Source: a virus
Taxonomy: Duplodnaviria; Caudoviricetes
Virus record (IMG/VR): IMGVR_UViG_3300017784_001085
Coordinates: 1-24,524 of that record
DNA: 24,524 nucleotides
Reading direction: 5' to 3' (one strand)
Shown here: piece by piece, positions 1 to 8,090 of the stretch
Layout of the letters: each line of letters begins with the position of its first letter
Numbering within the stretch: the first letter of the stretch is position 1
Made by a program: the position numbers and the translations under genes
The notes under the pieces: generated by a model
Seen by the model: only the letters and a program-made list of their open reading frames with translations
What the model was told of the DNA's origin: nothing
Databases searched by the model: none

Positions 1-2
1 CC

Positions 3-1253
3 AAGGGTTGGACACCGCAGCCCGATCCCGTCCATCAAAAGATGGCCGAGCAAGTGCCAGCCCAAAGCTTTGACGCGCCCGCACCAGCGACACAGGCCGA
101 CCAGGCAACTTGGCCAACCCCAATCGAAGAGTTCAACCCGCTCACCCTGCCGCGCAGACAGTGGATCTATGGTCGAACATACATCAGAGGATACGTCAGC
201 CTTACAGCATCAGCCGGCGGCATCGGAAAAACCAGTCTTACAATGGTCGAAGCCGTTGCCATAGCCACAGGCCGTAAGCTGCTTAATCAAGACGTTCACG
301 AGCGCACAAAGGTTTGGATGGTCAACCTCGAAGACCCGCGCAGCGAAAGCCTCCTGCGCCTGGCAGCTGTCATGCAGCACTACAACATCGCGCACCAGGA
401 TCTTGCAGGCTGGCTTTTCCTCGACGGGGAAGATGACATCCGCATCACCCTGGCCGCCGAAACAAGAGACGGCGTGACAGAGAACGAGGCGCTGCTGAAC
501 TACATGATCAACAAAGTCAAGGCCTTGGGCATAGGGGTCATCCTGATAGACCCTTTGATCTCGGCTCACATGGTCAATGAGAACAGCAACATGGCCGTGC
601 AAGTGGTGGTCGCCATGCTGCGCAGGCTGGCCAGAGAGACAGGCGCATCCGTCCACCCAGTCCACCACATCCGCAAAGGCAACGGAGATGATGCAACAGT
701 GGACAGCGTGCGCGGCGCCAACGCCCTCATCGGCGCAGCCCGAGCAGCACGAGTACTCAACAAGGTCAGCGAAGAAGCCGCCGAAAAGCTCGGCCTCGAA
801 GGCGATGCAGCCAAAGGCCTGTTTCGCATAGACGATGCCAAGGCCAACCTCGCAGCGCCCTCAGACAAGGCCACATACATGCAAACCATCGGCGTGCAGA
901 TCGCCAACGGCGAGTATATCGCAGTCGTTGTGCCGGTCACGCTGCCCGACGCATTCGAAGGCGTGACAGCAGAGGCCGCAATGAAGTGCCAGCGTGCCAT
1001 TGGAAAGGCAGCCGAGACAGATGCGCTCAGAGAAAGCAGTCAAGCCAAGGCGTGGGTCGGGCATCTGGTTGGCGAAATGCTCGGCATCGACACCACAGAG
1101 AAGGCAGGCAAGGGCCGCGTGGCGCTGATCATCAAGCAGTGGATCAAGACGGACGTGCTGCGGGTCGATAAGATAACAGACCCCCGGCAAGGACGAGAAA
1201 TCTCAGTAGTGGTCGTAGGCACATGGATCAATCGCGATGAGGTAGGTTTGTGA
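3..1253 (+). CDS. RepA/AAA_25-family (RecA-fold) replicative helicase, probably the C-terminal part of a primase-helicase; 5' truncated
   Basis: Walker A SAGGIGKT, MVNLEDP, Walker B VILIDP, HHIRK and VRGANALIGAAR motifs. The frame is open from base 3 (KGWTPQPDPVHQK-M42), so the true start probably lies upstream of the window. Confidence 0.85.
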   Translation, partial: KGWTPQPDPVHQKMAEQVPAQSFDAPAPATQADQATWPTPIEEFNPLTLPRRQWIYGRTYIRGYVSLTASAGGIGKTSLTMVEAVAIATGRKLLNQDVHERTKVWMVNLEDPRSESLLRLAAVMQHYNIAHQDLAGWLFLDGEDDIRITLAAETRDGVTENEALLNYMINKVKALGIGVILIDPLISAHMVNENSNMAVQVVVAMLRRLARETGASVHPVHHIRKGNGDDATVDSVRGANALIGAARAARVLNKVSEEAAEKLGLEGDAAKGLFRIDDAKANLAAPSDKATYMQTIGVQIANGEYIAVVVPVTLPDAFEGVTAEAAMKCQRAIGKAAETDALRESSQAKAWVGHLVGEMLGIDTTEKAGKGRVALIIKQWIKTDVLRVDKITDPRQGREISVVVVGTWINRDEVGL

Positions 1254-1278
1254 GACGGGAAAGCGTGACAAATATGCA

Positions 1279-1420
1279 TCCTCACCTGTTGTTTTTAGGT
1301 GAGGAAAAGGTGAGGAAAGGTGAGGAAGAATACCACCTGAACCTTACCTCCTCACCCCCCCTATATAGGGGTGAGGAAGGTGAGGAGGTGAGGAAGGTGA
1401 GTGAGGTGGTGAGGTGAGGA
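1279..1420. repeat. Cluster of GGTGAGG iteron-like repeats with two inverted-repeat hairpins; candidate replication origin
   Basis: GGTGAGG starts at 1298, 1309, 1319, 1370, 1379, 1387, 1408 and 1413; inverted CCTCACC at 1280 and 1350. Palindrome CCCCTATATAGGGG at 1358-1371. Intergenic, immediately after the helicase. Confidence 0.8.
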
Positions 1421-1439
1421 AGTCCAGAGGAGAGACATC

Positions 1440-2021
1440 GTGACATACAGAAGGCCGCAGAAGCCAAGGCGTGAGAGAAAATCGGATCGGATCATTCATC
1501 CAGGCGCATCAGCAACCCAAATCAAATGTGACTACGCACTCGCACCGTTTGATAAGATCGCCCGTGACATGGATCACAAATGGGGCATCGATCGGCTCGT
1601 CGAGCTGGTGCCAACAGATGTCGCGGCAAAGTATGGGTCAGCAATGGCCAAGCTTAACGCAGCCATCGACGCACAAGATTCAGATGAGGTGAGCATCAGA
1701 GCATCGGTCTGCATTAGAGGGATGCAGGCTATGGATCAGATTGCCTCGCAGACTCACGGAGAGCCGCCCACAGCGCAGGTGTGGGTCGTTGAGGCAGATG
1801 GGGGTAGCTTCGGCTTGATGCGCGATTCTAGGGCTTGGCAGAGGGCGCAGGAGGCGTATCCAAAATTGGAGCTGATCACCGAGCGCGAGATGGTCTTGGC
1901 CCTCACAATGTACAGATGCAGCCTCTCCAAAGAAATGATAGATGCAGCCAAAGCTGCATTCCCAGGTGCAGAAGTTATAGAAATCAGAAATAAGGAGCTG
2001 GAAAATGAAGTACCTTTCTAA
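1440..2021 (+). CDS. Hypothetical phage protein (193 aa)
   Basis: GTG start preceded by GAGGAG; basic N-terminus, helical body and acidic ENEVPF C-terminus; overlaps the next gene. Confidence 0.8.
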   Translation: MTYRRPQKPRRERKSDRIIHPGASATQIKCDYALAPFDKIARDMDHKWGIDRLVELVPTDVAAKYGSAMAKLNAAIDAQDSDEVSIRASVCIRGMQAMDQIASQTHGEPPTAQVWVVEADGGSFGLMRDSRAWQRAQEAYPKLELITEREMVLALTMYRCSLSKEMIDAAKAAFPGAEVIEIRNKELENEVPF

Positions 2022-2283
2022 AGCGCAAGCCGCGCTAGAGCAGGCGTCAATCCTCATCAATGGCCCAAGGCAAGAATCCTATGGATCGCCGCACACTAAC
2101 TTCGAGCGCTTCGCACAGCGCATCAGCCAAATCGTCAAAGCTCCAATCACCAAACAGCAGGCAGCGCAAATCATGGTCGAACTGAAGCTTGCACGCCTCG
2201 CAAAATCACACCACAAAGATAGCATCATCGATGCCATCGCGTACCTCGCACTCATGATGGAGCTGGAAGATGAACAAACTTGA
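2005..2283 (+). CDS. DUF6378-like small alpha-helical protein (nucleotide-metabolism-associated)
   Basis: SD AAGGAG. Pattern R-x-x-x-YGxPxxNFxxxA ... MVELKLARL ... DSIIDAIAY matches this common phage family as I recall it. Confidence 0.7.
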   Translation: MKYLSKAQAALEQASILINGPRQESYGSPHTNFERFAQRISQIVKAPITKQQAAQIMVELKLARLAKSHHKDSIIDAIAYLALMMELEDEQT

Positions 2284-2533
2284 AGCATGGCGAATAGCCA
2301 AAGACCTCACATACGCCGACATGGCTCAAAAACTAGGCCATCCAACCACCGGCCTGGTCACTAGATGGTGCCTACATCCAGAGCATCAGTCATACCTGAA
2401 CCCAAACCCTGAGCATCAAGTACACATCCAAATGATGACATTGGGTGAAGTTACACCAAACACTTGGGTTGCTGGGCAGAATGATGTAGTATCGAATAAG
2501 CACCAAGGAGGACGCAATGGGCGGAAACAATAA
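2270..2533 (+). CDS. Cro/XRE-like helix-turn-helix regulator
   Basis: LEAWRIAKDLTYADMAQKLG...VTRW HTH pattern and C-terminal IQMMTLGEVTPN typical of phage Cro-like proteins; SD GGAG. Confidence 0.7.
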   Translation: MNKLEAWRIAKDLTYADMAQKLGHPTTGLVTRWCLHPEHQSYLNPNPEHQVHIQMMTLGEVTPNTWVAGQNDVVSNKHQGGRNGRKQ

Positions 2534-2978
2534 AGGCCATCAGGTCAAAGTCACCAAGGCCATCATGACCGAAGTCGCTGAGCGCATGGCAATGGGCGAA
2601 AACCTACTGCAGATCGTAGAAGATCCGCACATGCCATCCTATCGCGCCATCACATCAGCCGTCGCACGCGACGAAAACATGTTTGAGATCTACCGCCAAG
2701 GCAGGATCATGCAGGCCGAGTGGCACAGCGACCGCATCAACAAGCTCGCAATGGCCGAGCTGCCAAAGACACACGAAGACGGAACGCCATGCGATGGGCG
2801 CTGGTTAGGTGCCGAGATCCAACGCCGCAAGCTGGAGATCGAAACGCTGCGCTGGACCCTGGCACGCAGCCAACCGCATGGCATCAGAGATCGCAAAGAG
2901 GATGCACCTGCGCAGCAGTCGATCACTATTAGCTGGGCGAAGGGAGACCAAGCGGTTGATGCGAAGGCAGGTGAATGA
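2517..2978 (+). CDS. terS: Terminase small subunit (Sf6 gp1-like)
   Basis: SD AAGGAGG. VAERMAMGENLLQIVEDPHMPS HTH, FEIYRQGR and IQRRKLEIETLRWTLARSQP motifs; lies upstream of terL. Confidence 0.85.
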   Translation: MGGNNKGHQVKVTKAIMTEVAERMAMGENLLQIVEDPHMPSYRAITSAVARDENMFEIYRQGRIMQAEWHSDRINKLAMAELPKTHEDGTPCDGRWLGAEIQRRKLEIETLRWTLARSQPHGIRDRKEDAPAQQSITISWAKGDQAVDAKAGE

Positions 2979-3032
2979 CCGGTCCGATAAGCACAGCGTC
3001 TGCCGAACCACGCGCGGGAACTGTGCTGCCAT

Positions 3033-3060
3033 ACATTACATAATGGGGATTATCGGATAA
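3033..3060 (-). other. dif-like (XerC/XerD) recombination site
   Basis: The minus strand reads TTATCCGATAA-TCCCCA-TTATGTAATGT: 11-6-11 layout with inner ATAA/TTAT. The XerD arm resembles TTATGTTAAAT (E. coli) and TTATGTAAAGT (Caulobacter). Confidence 0.7.
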
Positions 3061-3073
3061 TGATTTGGTGCAA

Positions 3074-3086
3074 TATCAATGGCTTG
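3074..3086 (+). promoter_or_regulatory. IHF consensus binding site
   Basis: TATCAATGGCTTG is a perfect WATCAANNNNTTR match, 13 bp from the dif-like site. Confidence 0.6.
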
Positions 3087-3206
3087 CAATGGGGCGCAGT
3101 TCGCGTCCGTCGTGACCGTCGCGCCAGCTCAACGGCAAGGCGGCCTGGATGGCTAGGCTACTTGGTGGCTTGCTGCTTGGCGCCATGCTTCCGATTCGCT
3201 TTGTAT

Positions 3207-3219
3207 TATCAGTGCCTTG
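3207..3219 (+). promoter_or_regulatory. Second IHF consensus binding site
   Basis: TATCAGTGCCTTG matches WATCARNNNNTTR; same orientation as the first site, 133 bp downstream. Confidence 0.5.
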
Positions 3220-3334
3220 GCCGCCGCGATGGTCGCAAATTCAAAGGCCGGCACCCCCCACCCCCCGCCAGATCGCCCGCCGCCCGCTCCTGCTATACAA
3301 CGGGTCTACGAAACATCCACGCACTGAGGTTGCC

Positions 3335-4624
3335 ATGTCTTCCAAGAACCAAAACATTGTAATTCCGTACTCTCCTCGTCCACTGCAGCGTGAGTTGCAC
3401 GCGCAAATGGATTCCAAGCGGTGGGGTGTGGTTGTGTGTCATCGCCGATTCGGCAAGACGGTTTGGGCAATCAATCACATTCTGCGAGATGCGATCATGT
3501 CGCAGAAGCCGAATCCCCGGTATGCGTATATGGCACCAACGTATCGGCAGGCGAAGAACGTGGCGTGGGATTATTTGAAGCAGTTTGCTGGTGCGATACC
3601 TGGTGTGAAGTTTCACGAGACGGAATTGCGGTGTGACTTGCCGACTGGCGGGCGGATTAGTTTGCTCGGCGCTGAAAACCCTGACAGCTTGCGTGGTATT
3701 TACTTGGACGGCTGCGTGATGGACGAGGTTGCGCAGATGCCTGAGAATGTTTTCCCCGAGGTTATCCGCCCAGCGCTATCGGATCGGAGGGGTTGGGCTG
3801 TGTTTGTTGGCACGCCGAAGGGTCACAATGCTTTTTATGATTTGTATGAGCAGGCGAGTGGCAATGAGGATTGGCTGTGCGTTGTAAACAGGGCGAGCGA
3901 GACGGGCATTTTGGACGATGAGGAATTGTCGGCGGCTCAGCAGACGATGACGGACGACCAGTATCAGCAGGAGTTTGAGTGCAGTTGGAATGCGAACATT
4001 CCTGGTTCGATTTACGGGAAGGAGTTGGAGGCTGCGCAGGCTGGTGGTCGGATTTGCAAGGTTCCGTATGACCCGGCCCACAGGGTTGATACGTGGTGGG
4101 ATTTGGGGGTTGGGGATAGCACGGCGATTTGGTTTACGCAGACGGTTGGTCGGGCTGTGCATGTGGTTGATTTTTATGAGGCTCGGAATGAGGGTCTGCC
4201 GCATTATTGTGAGGTGTTGAACAAGCGTGGATATTTGTATGGGACACATAATGCGCCGCATGATATAGAGGTTAGGGAATTGGGAAGTGGGAAGAGTAGG
4301 CGTGAGGTTGCCTGGGACTTGGGGCTGAACTTTCGGGTTGTTCCGAGGTTGCCGATTGAGGATGGCATTCATGCGGCTCAGATGTTGATCCCACGGTTGT
4401 GGTTTGACAGAGATCGGTGTAATGTTGGTTTGGAGGCATTGCGGTCGTATCATCGGGCTTACAATGAGCGGACGCGGAGTTTTCGGGCGAGTCCTGTGCA
4501 TGATTGGACGAGTCATGCGTCTGATGCGTTTCGGTACTTTGCGGTTGGGTATAGAGAGGCTGGGCCTATGTTGAAGGCCCCACAACGGCAGGCGGAGATG
4601 GATTACGATCCGTTTGCGACATGA
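3335..4624 (+). CDS. terL: Terminase large subunit
   Basis: Walker A CHRRFGKT, APTYRQAK, LRGIYLDGCVMDE (Walker B), GTPKG, nuclease WDLGVGD and HDWTSHASDAFRY. Start reassigned to ATG 3335 with SD GAGGT at 3326-3330. Confidence 0.95.
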   Translation: MSSKNQNIVIPYSPRPLQRELHAQMDSKRWGVVVCHRRFGKTVWAINHILRDAIMSQKPNPRYAYMAPTYRQAKNVAWDYLKQFAGAIPGVKFHETELRCDLPTGGRISLLGAENPDSLRGIYLDGCVMDEVAQMPENVFPEVIRPALSDRRGWAVFVGTPKGHNAFYDLYEQASGNEDWLCVVNRASETGILDDEELSAAQQTMTDDQYQQEFECSWNANIPGSIYGKELEAAQAGGRICKVPYDPAHRVDTWWDLGVGDSTAIWFTQTVGRAVHVVDFYEARNEGLPHYCEVLNKRGYLYGTHNAPHDIEVRELGSGKSRREVAWDLGLNFRVVPRLPIEDGIHAAQMLIPRLWFDRDRCNVGLEALRSYHRAYNERTRSFRASPVHDWTSHASDAFRYFAVGYREAGPMLKAPQRQAEMDYDPFAT

Positions 4625-4633
4625 GGTGATGGG

Positions 4634-5131
4634 ATGGCTATAGGTTTTGGTGACGTTCTGCGCAACATTGTGCGAGATCTCAAGATGGGATCTTCTGCGG
4701 GGCTTGGCTCAAGTAAGAGGCAGTCTTCAAACCTTTCACGCGCAGGATATACTAAGTCTGAGATTAAGGACTATGAAGATCGCACTGCAGCGACGCGGGA
4801 AAAGAGAAAGCAACGTGAGGAGCAGGAGCGCATTGAAAGCAGTAAGAACAATCGCAAACGGAGTAATCGCGATAATCCTCCGGCGGCGGATTCGCGGAAA
4901 CCTGTGCCTATGCCTGTAAAGCGGCGGCCTCTGGCCCCGCCGGCCCCGCCGGCGTTGGTTGATTTGGCTACTCCGCCAACCAGTGAGGTTGAGACTGCTG
5001 CGATTGAGAGTACGCGGGGTGGCCGTGCGTCTACGATTTTGACGGGTCCGCAGGGTTTGTTGGCTGAGCAAGAGCCTGAAGGTCAGTTGCGTCGTCGTCG
5101 TTCGTTGATGGGCGGGGGTTTGATCCAATGA
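4634..5131 (+). CDS. Small basic/Pro-rich virion-associated protein (pre-portal; T7 gp7.3-like position)
   Basis: SD GAGGTG. C-terminal GRASTILTGPQGL motif is common in pre-portal proteins of such podophages. Confidence 0.7.
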   Translation: MAIGFGDVLRNIVRDLKMGSSAGLGSSKRQSSNLSRAGYTKSEIKDYEDRTAATREKRKQREEQERIESSKNNRKRSNRDNPPAADSRKPVPMPVKRRPLAPPAPPALVDLATPPTSEVETAAIESTRGGRASTILTGPQGLLAEQEPEGQLRRRRSLMGGGLIQ

Positions 5132-5331
5132 TGGACGGCAAGATGATTGCTGGCTTGATGGGAAAGAAATCGAACCAGGTTGCCAAGGGGATGTCGGCTT
5201 CTGTTGACGTAGATCCGCTGGAGCGTTTGAACCAGCGGATGGCTGGCCGGACGGAGGGCGGTGCGGTTAAGAAGAAGACTAAGGAAGACCGTGCGCGTCA
5301 ATCTTTGATGTCTAGCTATAGGAGTATGTGA
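5128..5331 (+). CDS. Hypothetical protein (67 aa)
   Basis: Overlaps both neighbouring genes (translational coupling) and fills the gap before the portal. Confidence 0.65.
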   Translation: MMDGKMIAGLMGKKSNQVAKGMSASVDVDPLERLNQRMAGRTEGGAVKKKTKEDRARQSLMSSYRSM

Positions 5332-6941
5332 TGCAGGTTGATCCGCTGGTTGCTAAGCTTGATCGTCGTTATCAAGACTTGTCGAATGCCCGGTCTAACT
5401 GGGAGAAGCACTGGCAAGAGCTGGCGGATTACATGTTGCCGCGCAAGGCTGACATCACGAAGAAGCGTACTCAGGGTGATAAGCGCACTGAGTTGATTTT
5501 TGACGGCACGGCCATTCACGCGGTTGAGCTGTTGGCGGCTTCGTTGCATGGGATGATGACAAGTCCGAGCGCGCCGTGGTTTTCCTTGCGGTATCGTAAC
5601 CCTAGTTTGCAGGGCAATGACGCTGCGAATGAGTGGTTGGAAATCTGCATTGACCAGATGTACCAGGCGTTTCATCGTTCGAATTTCCAACAAGAAGTGC
5701 ATGAGCTGTATTATGACTTGGTGGTGTTTGGCACGGGTGCCATTTACTTGGACATTGACGGCACTAATCTACGGTTTGGCACTCGACACATTGCCGAGAT
5801 TTGCATTTCTGAGGATTCGAAGGGTTTTGTTGATACGGTGTATCGCAAGTTTAAGATGACGGCTCGGGCTATGGAGCAGCAGTTTGGGGCTAATTTGCCC
5901 ACTGGCGTGCTGAATGACGTTAAGAACGAGCCGTACAAGGAGCATGATATTGTCCATGTGGCTTACCCGCGTGGTGAGGTCAATGGCAGGGGCAGGGTTG
6001 CTAAGAACAAGCCGATTGCGTCGGTTTATTACCACAAAGCAACCAAGGCGCTGTTATCTGAGAGCGGGTTTGACGAATTCCCGTTTATGGTGCCTCGGTT
6101 TGTGAAGGACAGTGTCTCAACGTATGGCCGATCGCCCGCAATGACGGCGCTTCCTGACGTGAAAATGCTAAACAAGATGTCAGAGACCACGATCCGCGCG
6201 GCCCAAAAACAAGTAGATCCGCCTTTGATGGCGCCGGATGATGGGTTCATGCTGCCAATCCGCACAACGCCTGGGTCGCTGAACTTCTACCGGGCTGGCA
6301 CGCGCGATCGGATTGAGCCTTTGCAGATTGGCGCGAACAATCCGCTGGGTTTGAACATGGAAGAACAGCGCCGGATGGCTATTCGCCAGGCGTTTTATGT
6401 GGATCAGTTGCTGTTGGCGCAGGGTTCGGCAATGACGGCAACCGAAGTGTTGCAACGGAACGAAGAGAAGATGCGGTTGCTTGGTCCGGTTTTGGGCCGA
6501 TTGCAATCGGAGCTGCTGCAGCCTCTGATCTCTCGTGCCTTTGCACTGCTCCTCAGGGCGGGTCTTCTCCCCCCGGCTCCTGAGGAGCTACAAGGTCAGG
6601 ACATTGATATTGAGTATGTGTCGCCGTTGGCGAAGGCTCAGAGACTGACGGATCTGCAGTCGATGCTGCGCGGGTTTGAGGTGATGATGCAGGTGGCTGA
6701 GATTGCGCCTGTGATGGATTACCTGGACGCCGACAAGCTGGTGCAGTATCTGGTTGAGGTCACTGGCATCCCTGCGCGGGTTATCCGATCAAATGAAGAG
6801 GTCGCCCGTATTCGCCGGCAGGCTCAGCAGGAGCAGCAACAGCAAGCGCAGATGCAGCAAGACATGATGGAGAGCGAGCAGGCCAAGAACGTGGCACCGC
6901 TCGTTAAGGCTGTTGGTGGTCTTCCTGGGGGTATGGCATGA
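5331..6941 (+). CDS. Portal / head-tail connector protein (T7 gp8/Bbp21 family)
   Basis: WQELADYMLP, FDGTAIHAVELLAASL, YGRSPAMTALPD and MTATEVLQRNEE motifs, Q-rich C-terminus. SD AGGAG 5320-5324; alternative GTG start at 5328. Confidence 0.95.
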   Translation: MQVDPLVAKLDRRYQDLSNARSNWEKHWQELADYMLPRKADITKKRTQGDKRTELIFDGTAIHAVELLAASLHGMMTSPSAPWFSLRYRNPSLQGNDAANEWLEICIDQMYQAFHRSNFQQEVHELYYDLVVFGTGAIYLDIDGTNLRFGTRHIAEICISEDSKGFVDTVYRKFKMTARAMEQQFGANLPTGVLNDVKNEPYKEHDIVHVAYPRGEVNGRGRVAKNKPIASVYYHKATKALLSESGFDEFPFMVPRFVKDSVSTYGRSPAMTALPDVKMLNKMSETTIRAAQKQVDPPLMAPDDGFMLPIRTTPGSLNFYRAGTRDRIEPLQIGANNPLGLNMEEQRRMAIRQAFYVDQLLLAQGSAMTATEVLQRNEEKMRLLGPVLGRLQSELLQPLISRAFALLLRAGLLPPAPEELQGQDIDIEYVSPLAKAQRLTDLQSMLRGFEVMMQVAEIAPVMDYLDADKLVQYLVEVTGIPARVIRSNEEVARIRRQAQQEQQQQAQMQQDMMESEQAKNVAPLVKAVGGLPGGMA

Positions 6942-7156
6942 AGCAGATTGAAGATCTAAAGCTGGCATATCGTCGGACGTTTAACACCGAAGACGGCCAA
7001 AAGGTATTGGCTGACCTTAAATCGCGGTTTGCGTTTGAGGCCAGCACGTTTGTTCCTGGCGACCCTCACTATTCCGCCTTCAAGGAGGGGCAGCGTGATG
7101 CTGTGCTTTTGGTCGCTAGGATGCTCTCCGAAGGTGGGATTAGGGAAAACACATGA
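6938..7156 (+). CDS. Bbp19-like small protein between portal and scaffold
   Basis: YRRTFNTEDGQKVLADL...AFKEGQRDAV pattern; ATGA coupling to the portal. Confidence 0.8.
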   Translation: MKQIEDLKLAYRRTFNTEDGQKVLADLKSRFAFEASTFVPGDPHYSAFKEGQRDAVLLVARMLSEGGIRENT

Positions 7157-7959
7157 GCGAAGAGACAACCCAAGACGCTGGATCTCAAGAAGTCGCGACC
7201 GCAGCTCCGGCTGCACCTGTCGGGTTTTTTGACAGCCTGCCAGATGATTTGCGGGCTGAGCCGAGCCTGCGCAATTTTACTGACCCTGTTTCGCTGGCCA
7301 AGAGCTATGTCCATGCGCAGCGGATGATTGGCGCGGACAAGATCCCGCTGCCCGGCAAGTCTGCCACGGATGATGAGTGGCGCCAGGTTTACAAGCGGTT
7401 GGGCGCTCCGGACAATCCCAAGGGCTACGAGTTAAAAATTGGCTCTGATGTCATGCGTGATGCTGAGCTTGAGGCGTTTCGTGCTGCGGCCTTTGAGGCT
7501 GGGCTAAACGGAAGGCAGGCCAGCCGAATTGCTGATTTCTTGGAGGGCACTGTGACGCAGTCGCGTGCATCTATGGAAGAGAGCCTGGAGTCATCTCGGT
7601 TTGAGGGCGAGCAGGAGTTGCGCCGCGAGTGGGGCCAGGCGTTTGAACAGCAGGTTCAGCTTGCGCACAAAGCGGCTGTGACATTTTTGGGAAACACCGA
7701 GCTGCTTGATACGGTCGAGCTGGCCGATGGTCGGCTTCTGGGCGACCACCCGGCGATCGTGAGGATGTTCGCAAGCCTTGCGCGCGAGATCGGCGAAGAC
7801 AAATTGTTGGGCGAAGCAAGCGAGCTTGTGATGACCCCGACAGAAGCTCAGAGCAAAATTTCTGAGATCACTAGACAAGGCACCCCATATTGGGATAAAT
7901 TTCACCCTGAGCATAGTGCGTATGTCGATGAGGCTCTTCGCCTTAGAGGTTATATGTGA
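7153..7959 (+). CDS. Capsid assembly scaffolding protein
   Basis: Position before the capsid gene; LAKSYVHAQRMIG, YKRLGAP, LRREWG, LGDHPAIVR and YWDKFHPEH motifs. Confidence 0.85.
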   Translation: MSEETTQDAGSQEVATAAPAAPVGFFDSLPDDLRAEPSLRNFTDPVSLAKSYVHAQRMIGADKIPLPGKSATDDEWRQVYKRLGAPDNPKGYELKIGSDVMRDAELEAFRAAAFEAGLNGRQASRIADFLEGTVTQSRASMEESLESSRFEGEQELRREWGQAFEQQVQLAHKAAVTFLGNTELLDTVELADGRLLGDHPAIVRMFASLAREIGEDKLLGEASELVMTPTEAQSKISEITRQGTPYWDKFHPEHSAYVDEALRLRGYM

Positions 7960-7960
7960 T

Positions 7961-8052
7961 GCAGCGGACAATCTTCGGACCCGCGCGCCAAGCTTGTGAG
8001 ACAGGCGGATTGACTGCCCAAGCAGTAAGCCCGACCCCGCATGGGACAATCG
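7961..8052 (+). ncRNA. Candidate structured cis-regulatory RNA in the capsid 5' leader
   Basis: Four adjacent hairpins, one with a C(UUCG)G tetraloop. Two hairpins share the same GG-ACAA-UC/GA-C-CC internal loop. Confidence 0.55.
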
Positions 8053-8090
8053 AGTGTAGCACCCTGAAACCTTTGTTGGAGTGAAGACAA

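Noticed and set aside
1279-1420. Possible CRISPR array or minus-strand ORF 1282-1467
   Set aside because: The repeats are 7-9 bp with no unique 25-45 bp spacers, and the ORF is just the low-complexity translation of the repeats.
2980-3007. Second dif-like site forming a CTXphi-type folded attP with 3033-3060
   Set aside because: Only the XerC-like arm (CGGTCCGATAA) matches and there is no XerD arm after the 6-bp spacer. Kept only as an inverted repeat.
3149-3334. N-terminal 62-aa extension of TerL and ORF 3060-3362 from the ORF track
   Set aside because: No SD, Pro/Arg-rich non-protein-like sequence overlapping DNA motifs. ATG 3335 has a good SD and matches the usual TerL start (IPYSPRPLQ).
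3776-4585. Long antisense ORFs opposite terL (269 aa) and elsewhere (e.g. 11956-12573, 19538-20140)
   Set aside because: They lie opposite conserved genes, I saw no SD or promoter for them, and their composition fits codon-bias shadows.
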